64,000 nt of DNA from an uncultured delta proteobacterium (GTDB lineage: Bacteria; Myxococcota_A; UBA9160; UBA4427): assembly GCA_963822965.1 (NCBI GenBank), contig CAWGJT010000005.1:576001-640000 (forward strand), written 5' to 3'. This document shows, one piece after another, positions 1-13,199 of the stretch. Position numbers and translations under genes: made by a program. The notes below the pieces were generated by a model. The model was not told the DNA's origin and made no database searches. It worked only from the letters and a program-made list of their open reading frames with translations. The stretch's first letter is position 1. Each line of letters opens with the position of its first letter.

Positions 1-340
1 GGCGCGCCCCCCGATCCTGGTGGGCGGCGCGCCGCCCCACGCGCTCGCGCGCGCGGTCCGCTACGGCGACGGCTGGATGCCCATGTCGGCCGACCCGGAT
101 CGCCTGGCTCCAGCGATCGAGAGGCTCCACGCGATGGCCACCGAGGCGGGCATCCCGCGACCGGAGGTCGCCTGTCTGGGAGGGCTTCCGGGGGACCGGG
201 ACGAAGCCGTGCGCGCCCTCCGGCGGCTCGCCAACATGGGCGTGACGCGCTTTCTCACGGGCGCCCGCTACGCCGCAGACACGGCCCCCTTCCGCCGGAG
301 CGTCGACGCGCTGGTGGCCGCGGGGCGCGGGCTCGCATAG
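1..340 (+). CDS. LLM-class (probably F420-dependent) oxidoreductase, C-terminal part, truncated by the window edge
   Basis: PPILVGG..ALARAVRYGDGWMP motif typical of luciferase-like monooxygenases. Confidence 0.75.
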   Translation, partial: ARPPILVGGAPPHALARAVRYGDGWMPMSADPDRLAPAIERLHAMATEAGIPRPEVACLGGLPGDRDEAVRALRRLANMGVTRFLTGARYAADTAPFRRSVDALVAAGRGLA

Positions 341-359
341 CGACTCGACCCGGCGGGCT

Positions 360-1160
360 TCAGGCGGCGAGGAACGCGGCGATCTTCTCGAAGGCGCTCG
401 GGTCCTGGATCAGGAACAGGTGCCCCCCCTCGAAGAGCTCGAGGCGCGCGCCGGGAATCGCCCCCGACAGGGCCCGCTGGTTGTCCGGTGGCGCGATGCC
501 GTCGTAGCGCCCGCCGCACACGTAGACCGGCACCTCGATTCCGGGCAGCCGATCCCAGGTGTCGTGGCCGGCACGGGCCTCGAGCTGCAGGCGCTGTCCC
601 TCGGCACGGCCGGCCTCGCCGGCGCCGACGCTCGCGCGGGTGGCGACGATCTGGACGAGCTTCGCGGCGGCGTCCGGGTGGGCCGCGCGCCAGGCCGCGT
701 CGCAGCGGGTGTCCGAGAGCTCGATGGTGCGAAGGGTGCGCTCGTGATCGGGGAGCGCCTGCAGCTCGTGCAGGGGGTACGAAGGTCTTCCCGCGCCGCC
801 GCTCGACGTGCACGCGAGCACCAGCCGCTCCACGCGTTCCGGATGCCGAACGGCCAGCTCCTGGGCGACCATGCCGCCGAAGGAGACGCCCATCACGCGA
901 CAGCGATCCCAGCCCACCGCGTCGAGGAGCGCCGCCGCGTCCTCCCCGTAATCGGCCATCGAGTAGGGTCCAGGCGGCCGTTCGCTGCGGCCGAGCCCGC
1001 GCTGGTCGTAGGAGAGCACCTCGAAGTGCCGGACCAGCGGTCCGTCGAAGACGCCCGGCTTCTGCCGCAGATCGCCGCCGCTGCCGCCGATGAAGAGCAG
1101 GCGCGGGCCGGCTCCGTGAATCTCGTAGTAGACGTCGATGCCGCGGACCCGGGCCTTCAC
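360..1160 (-). CDS. Alpha/beta hydrolase
   Basis: YDQRGLGRS, GVSFGG nucleophile elbow, C-terminal GGH; probable GTG start near 1160. Confidence 0.9.
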   Translation of the reverse strand: MKARVRGIDVYYEIHGAGPRLLFIGGSGGDLRQKPGVFDGPLVRHFEVLSYDQRGLGRSERPPGPYSMADYGEDAAALLDAVGWDRCRVMGVSFGGMVAQELAVRHPERVERLVLACTSSGGAGRPSYPLHELQALPDHERTLRTIELSDTRCDAAWRAAHPDAAAKLVQIVATRASVGAGEAGRAEGQRLQLEARAGHDTWDRLPGIEVPVYVCGGRYDGIAPPDNQRALSGAIPGARLELFEGGHLFLIQDPSAFEKIAAFLAA

Positions 1161-1502
1161 GATTCGATCCTCGTCCCTCTCCGACTCCGGGATGCTCCCC
1201 GATCGCACCCCGCTTCACAAATGCGCCGGCCCGCACGCGGGCCACGCGGCCATCGGACCACCGGGCTCGATGCAGGCAGGCCGACGCCGCCCTACCCTCG
1301 CGTCCCGCGGGCTCGCCGGGGTGCGCGCACGACGCCCGTCCTGCGAACCTCCCGCCCGCGAAGCGGGTCCAATCCCCGTCCCCTCCTCTCCGAGGTCGAG
1401 CCGTTGCAGCCCGCACATCCGGCCCTCGCAAGGCCCCGAGCCTCCCGCCGGCGGGCCAGCGGGCTGCCGCGCGGCGGGCTCGCCGCCTGCGTCGCGGCGG
1501 CG

Positions 1503-2636
1503 ATGCTGGCGCTGCACTGCTCCTCGGAGGATGCGGAGCAGGCCGCGTTCACCACCGCAGCCGTCACCCGGGGCGCGGTGGCCGCCCGGGTCACGGCCAC
1601 CGGCACGCTCTCGCCCAGCATCGAGGTGCAGGTGGGCAGCCAGGTGACCGGCCGCATCCAGGAGCTGCTCGTCGACTTCAACTCCACGGTGCATGCGGGC
1701 CAGGTGATCGCGCGCATCGACCCCCGTCTCTTCGAGGCCGAGGTGGCCAAGGCGCGTGCGAGCCGGCTCGCCGCCCGGGCCGCGGTCAAGCGGGCGGAGG
1801 CCGATGTCCGGGACACCCAGCGCAAGTCCGAGCGCGCCGCCGCCCTGTCCTCCAGGGGCGGCGGGTCCGAGGCCGAGGCGGATTCGGCCCTCGCCGCCTA
1901 CGACGCCGCCCGAGCCAGCCTGGCTTCCGCGCAGGCGAGCCTGGCCGTGGCCGAAGCGGTGCTCGGCCAGGCGGAGACGAACCTCGGCTACACGACCATC
2001 GTCTCGCCCATCGACGGCATCGTCATCTCGCGCGACGTGGACGTCGGGCAGACGGTCACCGCCTCCCTGCAGACGCCGACGCTCTTCACGATCGCCGGCG
2101 ACCTGCGCAAGATGGAGGTGCACACCAACGTCGCCGAGGCGGACGTCGGTCGGCTCACCACCGGCATGGGCGTGGAGTTCAGCGTGGACGCGTTCCCTCT
2201 CGAGCGCTTCCGGGGGGTCGTCAAGGAGGTGCGTTACGCGCCCCAGACCGTGCAGAACGTGGTGACCTACGATGCGGTGGTCTCGGTGGAGAACGCCGGG
2301 CTCGAGCTGCGCCCGGGCATGACCGCCGACGTCTCGTTCCTCGTGGCGGAGCGCGAGGACGTGATGCTGGTGCCCAACGCGGCGCTGCGCTTCGTGCCGC
2401 CCGAGGCCGTTCTCGAGCGCGTGGGCACGCCGCCCGCCGCCTCGGGACCGCACCGGATCGTCTGGACGCTCGACCCGAACGACGGCCTGCGACCGGTGCA
2501 GGTGAAGATCGGCATCACCGACGGACGCTCGACGGAGATCCTCGAAGGCCTCACCGAGGGCCAGCAGGTGGTGGTCGGCTCCGGCGGCGGCGAGGAGGAG
2601 CGGGCCGGCCGGCCGCGCTTCGGACACATCCTTTGA
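1503..2636 (+). CDS. Efflux periplasmic adaptor subunit (MacA/HlyD-like)
   Basis: [31 protein letters not shown] and LRPGMTA motifs; start approximate. Confidence 0.9.
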   Translation: MLALHCSSEDAEQAAFTTAAVTRGAVAARVTATGTLSPSIEVQVGSQVTGRIQELLVDFNSTVHAGQVIARIDPRLFEAEVAKARASRLAARAAVKRAEADVRDTQRKSERAAALSSRGGGSEAEADSALAAYDAARASLASAQASLAVAEAVLGQAETNLGYTTIVSPIDGIVISRDVDVGQTVTASLQTPTLFTIAGDLRKMEVHTNVAEADVGRLTTGMGVEFSVDAFPLERFRGVVKEVRYAPQTVQNVVTYDAVVSVENAGLELRPGMTADVSFLVAEREDVMLVPNAALRFVPPEAVLERVGTPPAASGPHRIVWTLDPNDGLRPVQVKIGITDGRSTEILEGLTEGQQVVVGSGGGEEERAGRPRFGHIL

Positions 2637-3368
2637 GCCGAGGTGCGTCGGCGCTGGTGGACGCCCGGGACCTCGAGAAGGTCTATCGGGCGGGCGACGT
2701 CGCAGTGCACGCCCTGCGCGGGGTGAGCCTTCGGATCGAGGCGGGCGAGTCCGTCGCCATCATGGGCAGCTCGGGGTCTGGCAAGTCCACCCTGATGAAC
2801 ATCCTCGGCTGCCTGGATCGTCCGACCCGCGGCAGCTACCGGCTGGCGGGGGAGGAGGTGGCGCAGCTCGGCCGCGACCGGCTCGCCGAGATCCGCAACC
2901 GCGTCGTGGGCTTCGTCTTCCAGGGCTTCCACCTGCTGCCCCGCACGAGCGCGCTCGAGAACGTGGAGCTGCCGCTCCTCTACGCCGGGCTCCCCGGCCC
3001 GAGACGCCGCGAGCGCGCCGCACAGGCCCTGGAGCGGGTCGGTCTCGGCGACCGCCTCCAGCACCTGCCCGAGCCAGCTCTCCGGGCGGGCAGCAGCAGC
3101 GCGTGGCCATCGCCCGCGCGCTGGTGAGCGAGCCCCGCCTGATCCTGGCGGACGAGCCCACGGGCAACCTGGACTCGCGCACGAGCCTCGAGATCATGGG
3201 GATCTTCGCCGGCCCTCGAGCGGACGGGGATCACGGTGGTGCTCGTGACCCACGAGGCGCGAGATCGCGGCGGCCGCGTCGCGGATCGTCGAGATCCGGG
3301 ACGGCCGCATCGTCTCGGACCAGCCGCGGGACGCCCGGACGGCCGACCCGAACGGGGGTGCGGCGTGA
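2633..3368 (+). CDS. ABC transporter ATP-binding protein (MacB/LolD-like), frameshifted
   Basis: Walker [33 protein letters not shown] lies in another frame; indels near 3070-3290. Confidence 0.85.
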
Positions 3369-4595
3369 ACGCCCTTCAGATCGTGCTCGTGGCCGTGCGC
3401 GCCCTGCTGCGCAACAAGATGCGCTCGATCCTGACGGCCCTCGGCGTGGTGATCGGGGTCGCGGCGGTGGTCGCGATGACGTCCATCGGCGCCGGCGCGC
3501 GGGCCCGGGTACAGCAGACCTTCGAATCCATGGGCACCAACCTGCTCATCGTCCGCTCCGGCTCGAGCCAGACGGGCGGCGTCCGCGGCGGCGCCGGATC
3601 GCAGCCCACCCTCACCTTCGACGACCTCGCGGCCATCGAGCAGCAGCTGCCCGACGTGGAGTCGGTGGCGCCCGTCCTCGTCAAGCCCGTGCAGCTGGTG
3701 GCGGAGGGGCAGAACTGGGCCTCCGCGGCCCAGGGCACGACGCCGGCGTTGTTCAAGCTGCGCAACTGGTCGGTGGGCCTGGGCACCTTCTTCGGGCCCG
3801 AGGACGTCGCGCGGGGCGCCAAGGTCGCCGTGCTGGGCGCCACGGTGGCGGAGAATCTCTTCGGCGCGTATGCGAACCCGGTGGGGCAGCTCGTGCGGGT
3901 GGACAACGTTCCCTTCGAGGTCGTGGGCGTGGCCGCGCGGAAGGGGCCGTCGCTCTTCGGCTCGGACCAGGACGACGTGGTCTTCGTCCCGCTCTCCACC
4001 TTCCGCGCGCGCCTGCAGGGCGGACTCGGCCAGTTCCTGGACGGCACCCTCTTCGTGGGGGCGCGCCCGAGCGCCGGCACCGAGGCCGTCGAGAAGGAGA
4101 TCACGCGCTGCTGCGGGCGCAGCACCGGCTGCGGCCGGGGGAGCCGGACGACTTCACCGTGCGGAACCTCGGGGAGATCTCCGCCGCGCAGCAGGAGGGC
4201 GCCGCGGACGCTCACGTCGCTGCTGGCGGGCATCGCGCTGGTGAGCCTCGTCGTGGGCGGCATCGGCATCATGAACATCATGCTGGTCAGCGTGAAGGAG
4301 CGGACGCGGGAGATCGGCCTGCGCATGGCCGTGGGCGCCAAGCCGCGCAACGTCCTCGCGCAGTTCCTGGTGGAATCGGTGACGCTCTCGACGATCGGCG
4401 GCCTGCTGGGCGTCGCCGTGGGCCTGGGCGCCGCGGCCGCGGCTCGCCGCCCGCTTCGACTGGCCCGTGCTCGTGCAGCCGGCAGTGGTGGCGATCGCGC
4501 TGGTCTCGAGCGCGGTGGTGGGCGTGGGCTTCGGTCTCTACCCCGCCTACCAGGCCTCGCGCCTGGACCCCATCCAGGCGCTGCGATACGAGTGA
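3365..4595 (+). CDS. ABC transporter permease (MacB/FtsX-like), frameshifted
   Basis: [44 protein letters not shown], ends [10 protein letters not shown]. Confidence 0.9.
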
Positions 4596-4639
4596 GCCGC
4601 CGCACGCCGGGCCGGGTTCGCCGGGCCGCGGCGCGGCGA

Positions 4640-5710
4640 TCACACCGGGCGACGCGCGCACGAGACGGCGATGGGCTCGTGGTCGGAGAGCGGCCGACCG
4701 TCGTCGGGATGCGCGCCTTCGAGCACCGCGGGATCGCTGCACACGAGGCCCCGGGCCAGGAACCAGTCGAGCTTGAGGCCGCCGCGCGCCGAGGCGTCGT
4801 CCGTGGCCACGCGGTGGGTGGCCTCGCGCATCACGTTGCACTCCTCCCAGGAGAAGCCGCGGTCGCGAGCCAGCTCGAAGAGGGGCTCGTAGGGCACCGG
4901 GTGGAGCAGTCGTCCGCGGTCGCGCTCGAGCGCCGCGCGAAGCCGCGCGAGCTCCGCCAGATCGTCCTGGCCGAGGGAGAACGTGTTCAGGTCTCCGCCG
5001 ATCAGCACCGGTGCCGCCGGCGCGTAGACCTCGACGGCGGCCAGCAGCTCGCGCATCTGGGCGGCGCGCTGGGCCGGATCGCTGTGGCTCTCGAGGTGCA
5101 CCGACACCACCGTCACGGGATCCCCGTCGAGTCGCCAGGTGGCCAGGACCGCGATGCGGCCCCCAACGCGGGGCTCGCCGCGCTCCTCCGCCAGCCAGGC
5201 GCCGCTTCGCTCGAGCCGGACCACCACCGGCCGCTCGAGAGGCGAGCGACTCAGGATGGCGGAGCCGTGCAGCCCCTCGCGGTTCGCGCGGCCCGCCAGG
5301 CCGGCGCGCTCGCCCGGGCTGCCGAGCCCGAGCTCGACGTACTCGACGCCGTAGACGCAGCCGAGGCCCAGGGCGAGGCCCAGCTCCCAGGCGGTGTGCC
5401 GGTTGCCCGAGCGGGCCATGCCCAGGTCCATCTCGCTGAGGAGCACCACGTCGGGATCCTGCCCGCGCAGGACGCGCGCGAGTGCGGGGACGTCGCGGCC
5501 GCGCTCCGCGTTCCAGGCCACCACCCGGGCCCGCCCGCGCGCCGGCCCGGGCTTCGGCGGAGGGGCCACCTGCACCTGGTGGAGACAGGCGATCTCGTCG
5601 TACCAACGGGCGTGGCTGGCGGCGTCCCGACCGCCGCGCAGGATGGCGGCGCGCGTCTCGGCCGGAACCGGAGAGAGGGAAGCTCGAACGCGTTCTTCGA
5701 TGGAGGCCAT
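4640..5710 (-). CDS. Endonuclease/exonuclease/phosphatase family protein
   Basis: WNAERG, LSEMD, HLES, GGDLNT, LDWF and SDH motifs. Confidence 0.85.
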   Translation of the reverse strand: MASIEERVRASLSPVPAETRAAILRGGRDAASHARWYDEIACLHQVQVAPPPKPGPARGRARVVAWNAERGRDVPALARVLRGQDPDVVLLSEMDLGMARSGNRHTAWELGLALGLGCVYGVEYVELGLGSPGERAGLAGRANREGLHGSAILSRSPLERPVVVRLERSGAWLAEERGEPRVGGRIAVLATWRLDGDPVTVVSVHLESHSDPAQRAAQMRELLAAVEVYAPAAPVLIGGDLNTFSLGQDDLAELARLRAALERDRGRLLHPVPYEPLFELARDRGFSWEECNVMREATHRVATDDASARGGLKLDWFLARGLVCSDPAVLEGAHPDDGRPLSDHEPIAVSCARRPV

Positions 5711-5831
5711 CCGCTGGCCGGGAAGCTAGCTGAGGAAGCCCGTTGGGCTCCCTTTGCGGAGGAACCGCGACCCATCCTGGGACTAGCAAGCCCCCTCAAG
5801 CCGGAATGCCCGCCCACCGATCCCCCCCAAC

Positions 5832-6212
5832 ATGTCCCGTGCGTCCAACCCGGACCGGCGCCAGCTCGGCCGGCGCTTTCGACCGCTGAGCTGCGAGATC
5901 GAGCTCGCCGGCAAGACGCATTCCGGGGTCATCCGGGACCTGAGCCCCCAGGGCCTGTTCGTCACCATGCGCTTCGAGGCCGCCCCGGGCACCCCGGTGC
6001 TGGTGCGGGTCCGCAGACCGGGAGGCGAGATCTGGGAGATCTCGGCCACCACGGCGCGGGTCGCCGACGGCGCTCGGGCGCTCATCTCCCGTCGGGGTCT
6101 GGGCCTGGTGATCGAGGAGGCGCCCGCCGCCTTCCATGAGTTCGTCTCCGCGCTGGGAGGCTTCGGCAGGGCCACGCTCGCCGAAGACGAGCCGGACGAG
6201 GGCGACGCCTAG
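5832..6212 (+). CDS. Stand-alone PilZ domain protein
   Basis: RxxxR (RQLGR) and DxSxxG (DLSPQG) c-di-GMP-binding motifs. Confidence 0.8.
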   Translation: MSRASNPDRRQLGRRFRPLSCEIELAGKTHSGVIRDLSPQGLFVTMRFEAAPGTPVLVRVRRPGGEIWEISATTARVADGARALISRRGLGLVIEEAPAAFHEFVSALGGFGRATLAEDEPDEGDA

Positions 6213-6354
6213 CTCGTGTCCTGTCCCAGAAGTTCGCTTGCATTCGGCCGCCCCGCGGCCCGCTGCCAGCGTTGCGCTCAGGCTGGCTTCGCCGATCCGC
6301 GAGGGCTGGCAGGGCCTGCGGCACGCGGAAGGCGCGCTGAATGACGCATCGGGG

Positions 6355-8247
6355 CTAGAGCGCCCGCTCCATCAGCTCGGCCACCTTGCGGCTGAAGCCG
6401 GCGGGATCGTCGAGCTGTCCGCCGCCGGCCAGCACCGCCTGCCCGAACAGCAGCTCCGCCGCGCTCGCGATGCGCGGATCCGTGCCGTCTTCCGCCTGGA
6501 TGCGCTTGAGCTTCACGAGCAGCGGATGCTCCGGGTTGAGCTCCAGGATGGGCTTCGCGTGGGGCACCTCCTGGCCCGCCTGGCGCAGCATCTCCTCGAT
6601 CTGCGGCGACAGGTCGCCTTCGTCGCGCACCAGGCAGGAGGGCGACTCCGTGAGCCGGCGCGAGAGGCGAACCTCCTTCACCTGGTCCTGGATGGCGGCG
6701 CGCACGGCGGCGACGAGGCCCTTGTAGTCGCTCTCCTGCTCCTCGGCCCGGGCGGCGGCCTGCTCCTTCTCCTCGTCGCTGCCCAGGGCGACGTCGCCTT
6801 CGGCAGCGGACTGGAAGTGCTTGCCCCGATACTCGGGCGGGGCCTGCTGCAGCCACACCTCGTCCACGGGGTCGGTGAAGAGCAGCACCTCGATCCCCCG
6901 GGCGCGGAACGCCTCGAGCTGCGGGGACGACGCCAGCACCCGGCGCGACGGTCCGGAGAGGTAGTAGATGGCTTCCTGGTCCTCGGGCATGCGCTCCACG
7001 TACTCGTCGAGGGCGGTCAGCCGGCTCTCGTGCGCGGTGGAGGCACACAGGGTCAGATCGAGGATGCGTTCCTTCTTCTCCGTCCAGTCGAGCAGGCCCT
7101 CCTTCAGCACGGGACCGAACTCGGCCCAGAAGGCCAGGTACTTCTCGGCGTCGTCGCGCTTCAGGGCCTGTAGCGCCTCGAGCACCTTCTTCGTCAGGTG
7201 CTTCCGGATGGCCCGGATCTGGGCGTCCTGCTGCAGGATCTCCCGGGAGACGTTGAGCGGCAGGTCCTCGGCGTCGACCACGCCGCGCACGAAGCGGAGG
7301 TATTCGGGCACCAGGTCGCGGCACTCGTCCATGATGAACACGCGCTTCACGTAGAGCTGGATGCCCCGGTGAGCCCGCTCCCGGTGGTAGAGGTCGAAGG
7401 GCGCCCGGGAGGGCACGTACAGGAGCGCTCTCGCCTCGAAGTTGCCCTCGATCCTCACCGGGACGCGCAGCAGGGGGTCCCGCTGGTCGTGGGAGATGTG
7501 GTGGTAGAACTCGGCGTGCTCTTCGTCGCTCACCTGGTCGACGGGTCTCGTCCAGATGGCCTTCATGGAGTTGAGGGGCTTCTCGGGCTGCTCGTCGCGG
7601 CCGGCGACCACGAGCCGGATGGGATAGGCGACGAAGTCCGAGTAGCGCTTGACCACGTCGCGCAGCACCCACTCGTCCGTGAAGTCCGCGATGCCGGCGT
7701 CGGCGTCCACGGGCTTCAGGTGCAGGGTCACGCTCGTGCCGGACTCGTCCCGCTTCGCCTCGGCCACCGTGTAGCGACCCTCGGCCGAAGACTCCCAGGC
7801 CGTCGCGGGCTCGCCGCTGCCGGCCCGACGCGTGGTCAGCTCCACCTTGTCGGCCACCATGAAGCTCGAGTAGAAGCCCACGCCGAACTGGCCGATCAGG
7901 TCGATGGCCGCCTCGCCCTTGCGGTCGCCCTGCTGCTTCAGGAACTCGGCCGTGCCCGAGCGCGCGATGGTGCCGATCTGGGAGATCACCTCGTCCCGGG
8001 TCATGCCGATGCCGTTGTCGGCGACGCACAGGGTGCGGGCCTCCGGATCGGCCCGCAGGGTGATGCAGAGCTCGCCTTCGGGCAGCAGGGCCGGATCGGT
8101 CAGGCCGGCGAAGCGCAGCCGGTCCAGGGCGTCCGACGCGTTCGAGATCAGCTCGCGCAGGAAGATCTCCTTGTGCGAGTAGAGGGAGTGGATCATCAGG
8201 TCGAGCAGCTGCTGGGTCTCGGCCCGGAACTCGTAGGTCTCGCTCAT
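6355..8247 (-). CDS. htpG: Molecular chaperone HtpG (Hsp90)
   Basis: YSHKEIFLRELISNASDA, IGQFGVGFYSSF, DLPLNVSREILQ, ILELNPEHP. Confidence 0.97.
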   Translation of the reverse strand: MSETYEFRAETQQLLDLMIHSLYSHKEIFLRELISNASDALDRLRFAGLTDPALLPEGELCITLRADPEARTLCVADNGIGMTRDEVISQIGTIARSGTAEFLKQQGDRKGEAAIDLIGQFGVGFYSSFMVADKVELTTRRAGSGEPATAWESSAEGRYTVAEAKRDESGTSVTLHLKPVDADAGIADFTDEWVLRDVVKRYSDFVAYPIRLVVAGRDEQPEKPLNSMKAIWTRPVDQVSDEEHAEFYHHISHDQRDPLLRVPVRIEGNFEARALLYVPSRAPFDLYHRERAHRGIQLYVKRVFIMDECRDLVPEYLRFVRGVVDAEDLPLNVSREILQQDAQIRAIRKHLTKKVLEALQALKRDDAEKYLAFWAEFGPVLKEGLLDWTEKKERILDLTLCASTAHESRLTALDEYVERMPEDQEAIYYLSGPSRRVLASSPQLEAFRARGIEVLLFTDPVDEVWLQQAPPEYRGKHFQSAAEGDVALGSDEEKEQAAARAEEQESDYKGLVAAVRAAIQDQVKEVRLSRRLTESPSCLVRDEGDLSPQIEEMLRQAGQEVPHAKPILELNPEHPLLVKLKRIQAEDGTDPRIASAAELLFGQAVLAGGGQLDDPAGFSRKVAELMERAL

Positions 8248-8368
8248 GCCAGGTCTCCGTGCGCGCTCGTGGTGGGGCGGTCGCACCATTCCGGGACTCC
8301 CGCGGGGGCAGGGCCCGCGATCGTCGGGCCAGTATCTTAGGCACCTTCGCCCCAGGGCAACCCCAGGA

Positions 8369-8407
8369 GCTGCATTCATCTCGAATATTGAGATAAGCTG
8401 ATGCAGC
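8369..8407. promoter_or_regulatory. AT-rich nested inverted repeat (candidate operator) between divergent htpG and metH
   Basis: GCTGCAT..ATCTC-GAATATT-GAGAT..ATGCAGC in an otherwise very GC-rich background. Confidence 0.5.
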
Positions 8408-8465
8408 CTGTCTGCCGATGTACCATCGGCCCCGGTCTCCCCGCGAACCACAGCGAGGACCCCGC

Positions 8466-12142
<3,677 letters not shown>

Positions 12143-12167
<25 letters not shown>

Positions 12168-13040
12168 TCGGCCCGGCCCTCGTCGTCGATTCCGGCGAGG
12201 AGGGCGGCGGCCACCAGTCCCCAGCACTGTCCCGGGCTGAGCCGCGACGGCTCCATCCGGATGCGGATCTGGTTGACGTCGCGCAGGAAGGGACCGAAGC
12301 CGACGAAGCGCCGCTCGATCCGGCCGACCTCCTCCCCGACGGTGTCGATCACCCGCAAGGCAGAACGGATGCGCGGTGTCGGTCTTCACCTGGACGATGC
12401 CGCGGTCCAGGCTGGAGACGATCCGGAACGCCGCCGGCTCCTCCCCGGGCTTCCACTGCACGAAGCCCTGCTGGTGGCCGAGCTCGTCCAACAGATAGAG
12501 CGGGTCGCCCGCACGCTCGAGCACGAAGGTCTGGCCGCTGACGCGGTCGAGCACGTGGAAGTGGAGATCGGACGCCAGTCGGACCGACGACGGCGAGGTC
12601 CCGGCAGGTCCCGTGCCCGCCACCTGCTGCACCTCGCCCAGCTCGCGCCCCGCCGCATCGCAGACGAGATAGCGACGGAGGACCGCGGGCGTGCGCGCCT
12701 GGACCGTCCCCTCGCACAGGACCAGCTCGTCGCTCTGGCTGATGAGCCGTCCCACCGAAGCCGGTGCCGCGCGAACGGCGCGGGCGTCCCGCAGCGCCTC
12801 GCTCACCACCGCGTCCTCGCGATCGACCACCGCAGGGGACGGCGCGCCCAGGCGCTCGGCCAGCGTGGCCTCGGCCGCCGCGCGACCGAGCCGCAGCACG
12901 AGCAGGTGCCGGGCCTCGTCCCAGGTGGGCGCCCGACGGTCCGCGGTCGGGTCGACCGACGCGCGATCGGCCTCGAGCCAGGCGGCCCGCAGGCGCCCGC
13001 TCGCACGCTCGATGTCGGCCTTGCGATGGAGATCGGTCAT
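12143..13040 (-). CDS. Hypothetical protein with possible scramblase/LURP-one-like C-terminal domain, frameshifted near 12360
   Basis: MTDLHRK.. frame joins 12143..12358 ([16 protein letters not shown]..); repeated D..G..G.V strands and a terminal hydrophobic helix. Confidence 0.5.
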
Positions 13041-13199
13041 GGATCGTGTCCCGGCCTTGCCGGCGTCTCTCGTGGGGCCTCGGAGTCTCGGTTCGGCACC
13101 CGGTCGGATCGGCCATTCCGCGGCGCGACCTGAGGTGGCCGGCTTCGCGGTGGGGGACGGCTCGCGTACAATGCCGAGCCGCTCCGGAGCTGCCAGGAG

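Noticed and set aside
8250..8365. CIRCE element or sigma-32 promoter for htpG
   Set aside because: No TTAGCACTC-N9-GAGTGCTAA is present and the sigma-32 resemblance is poor.
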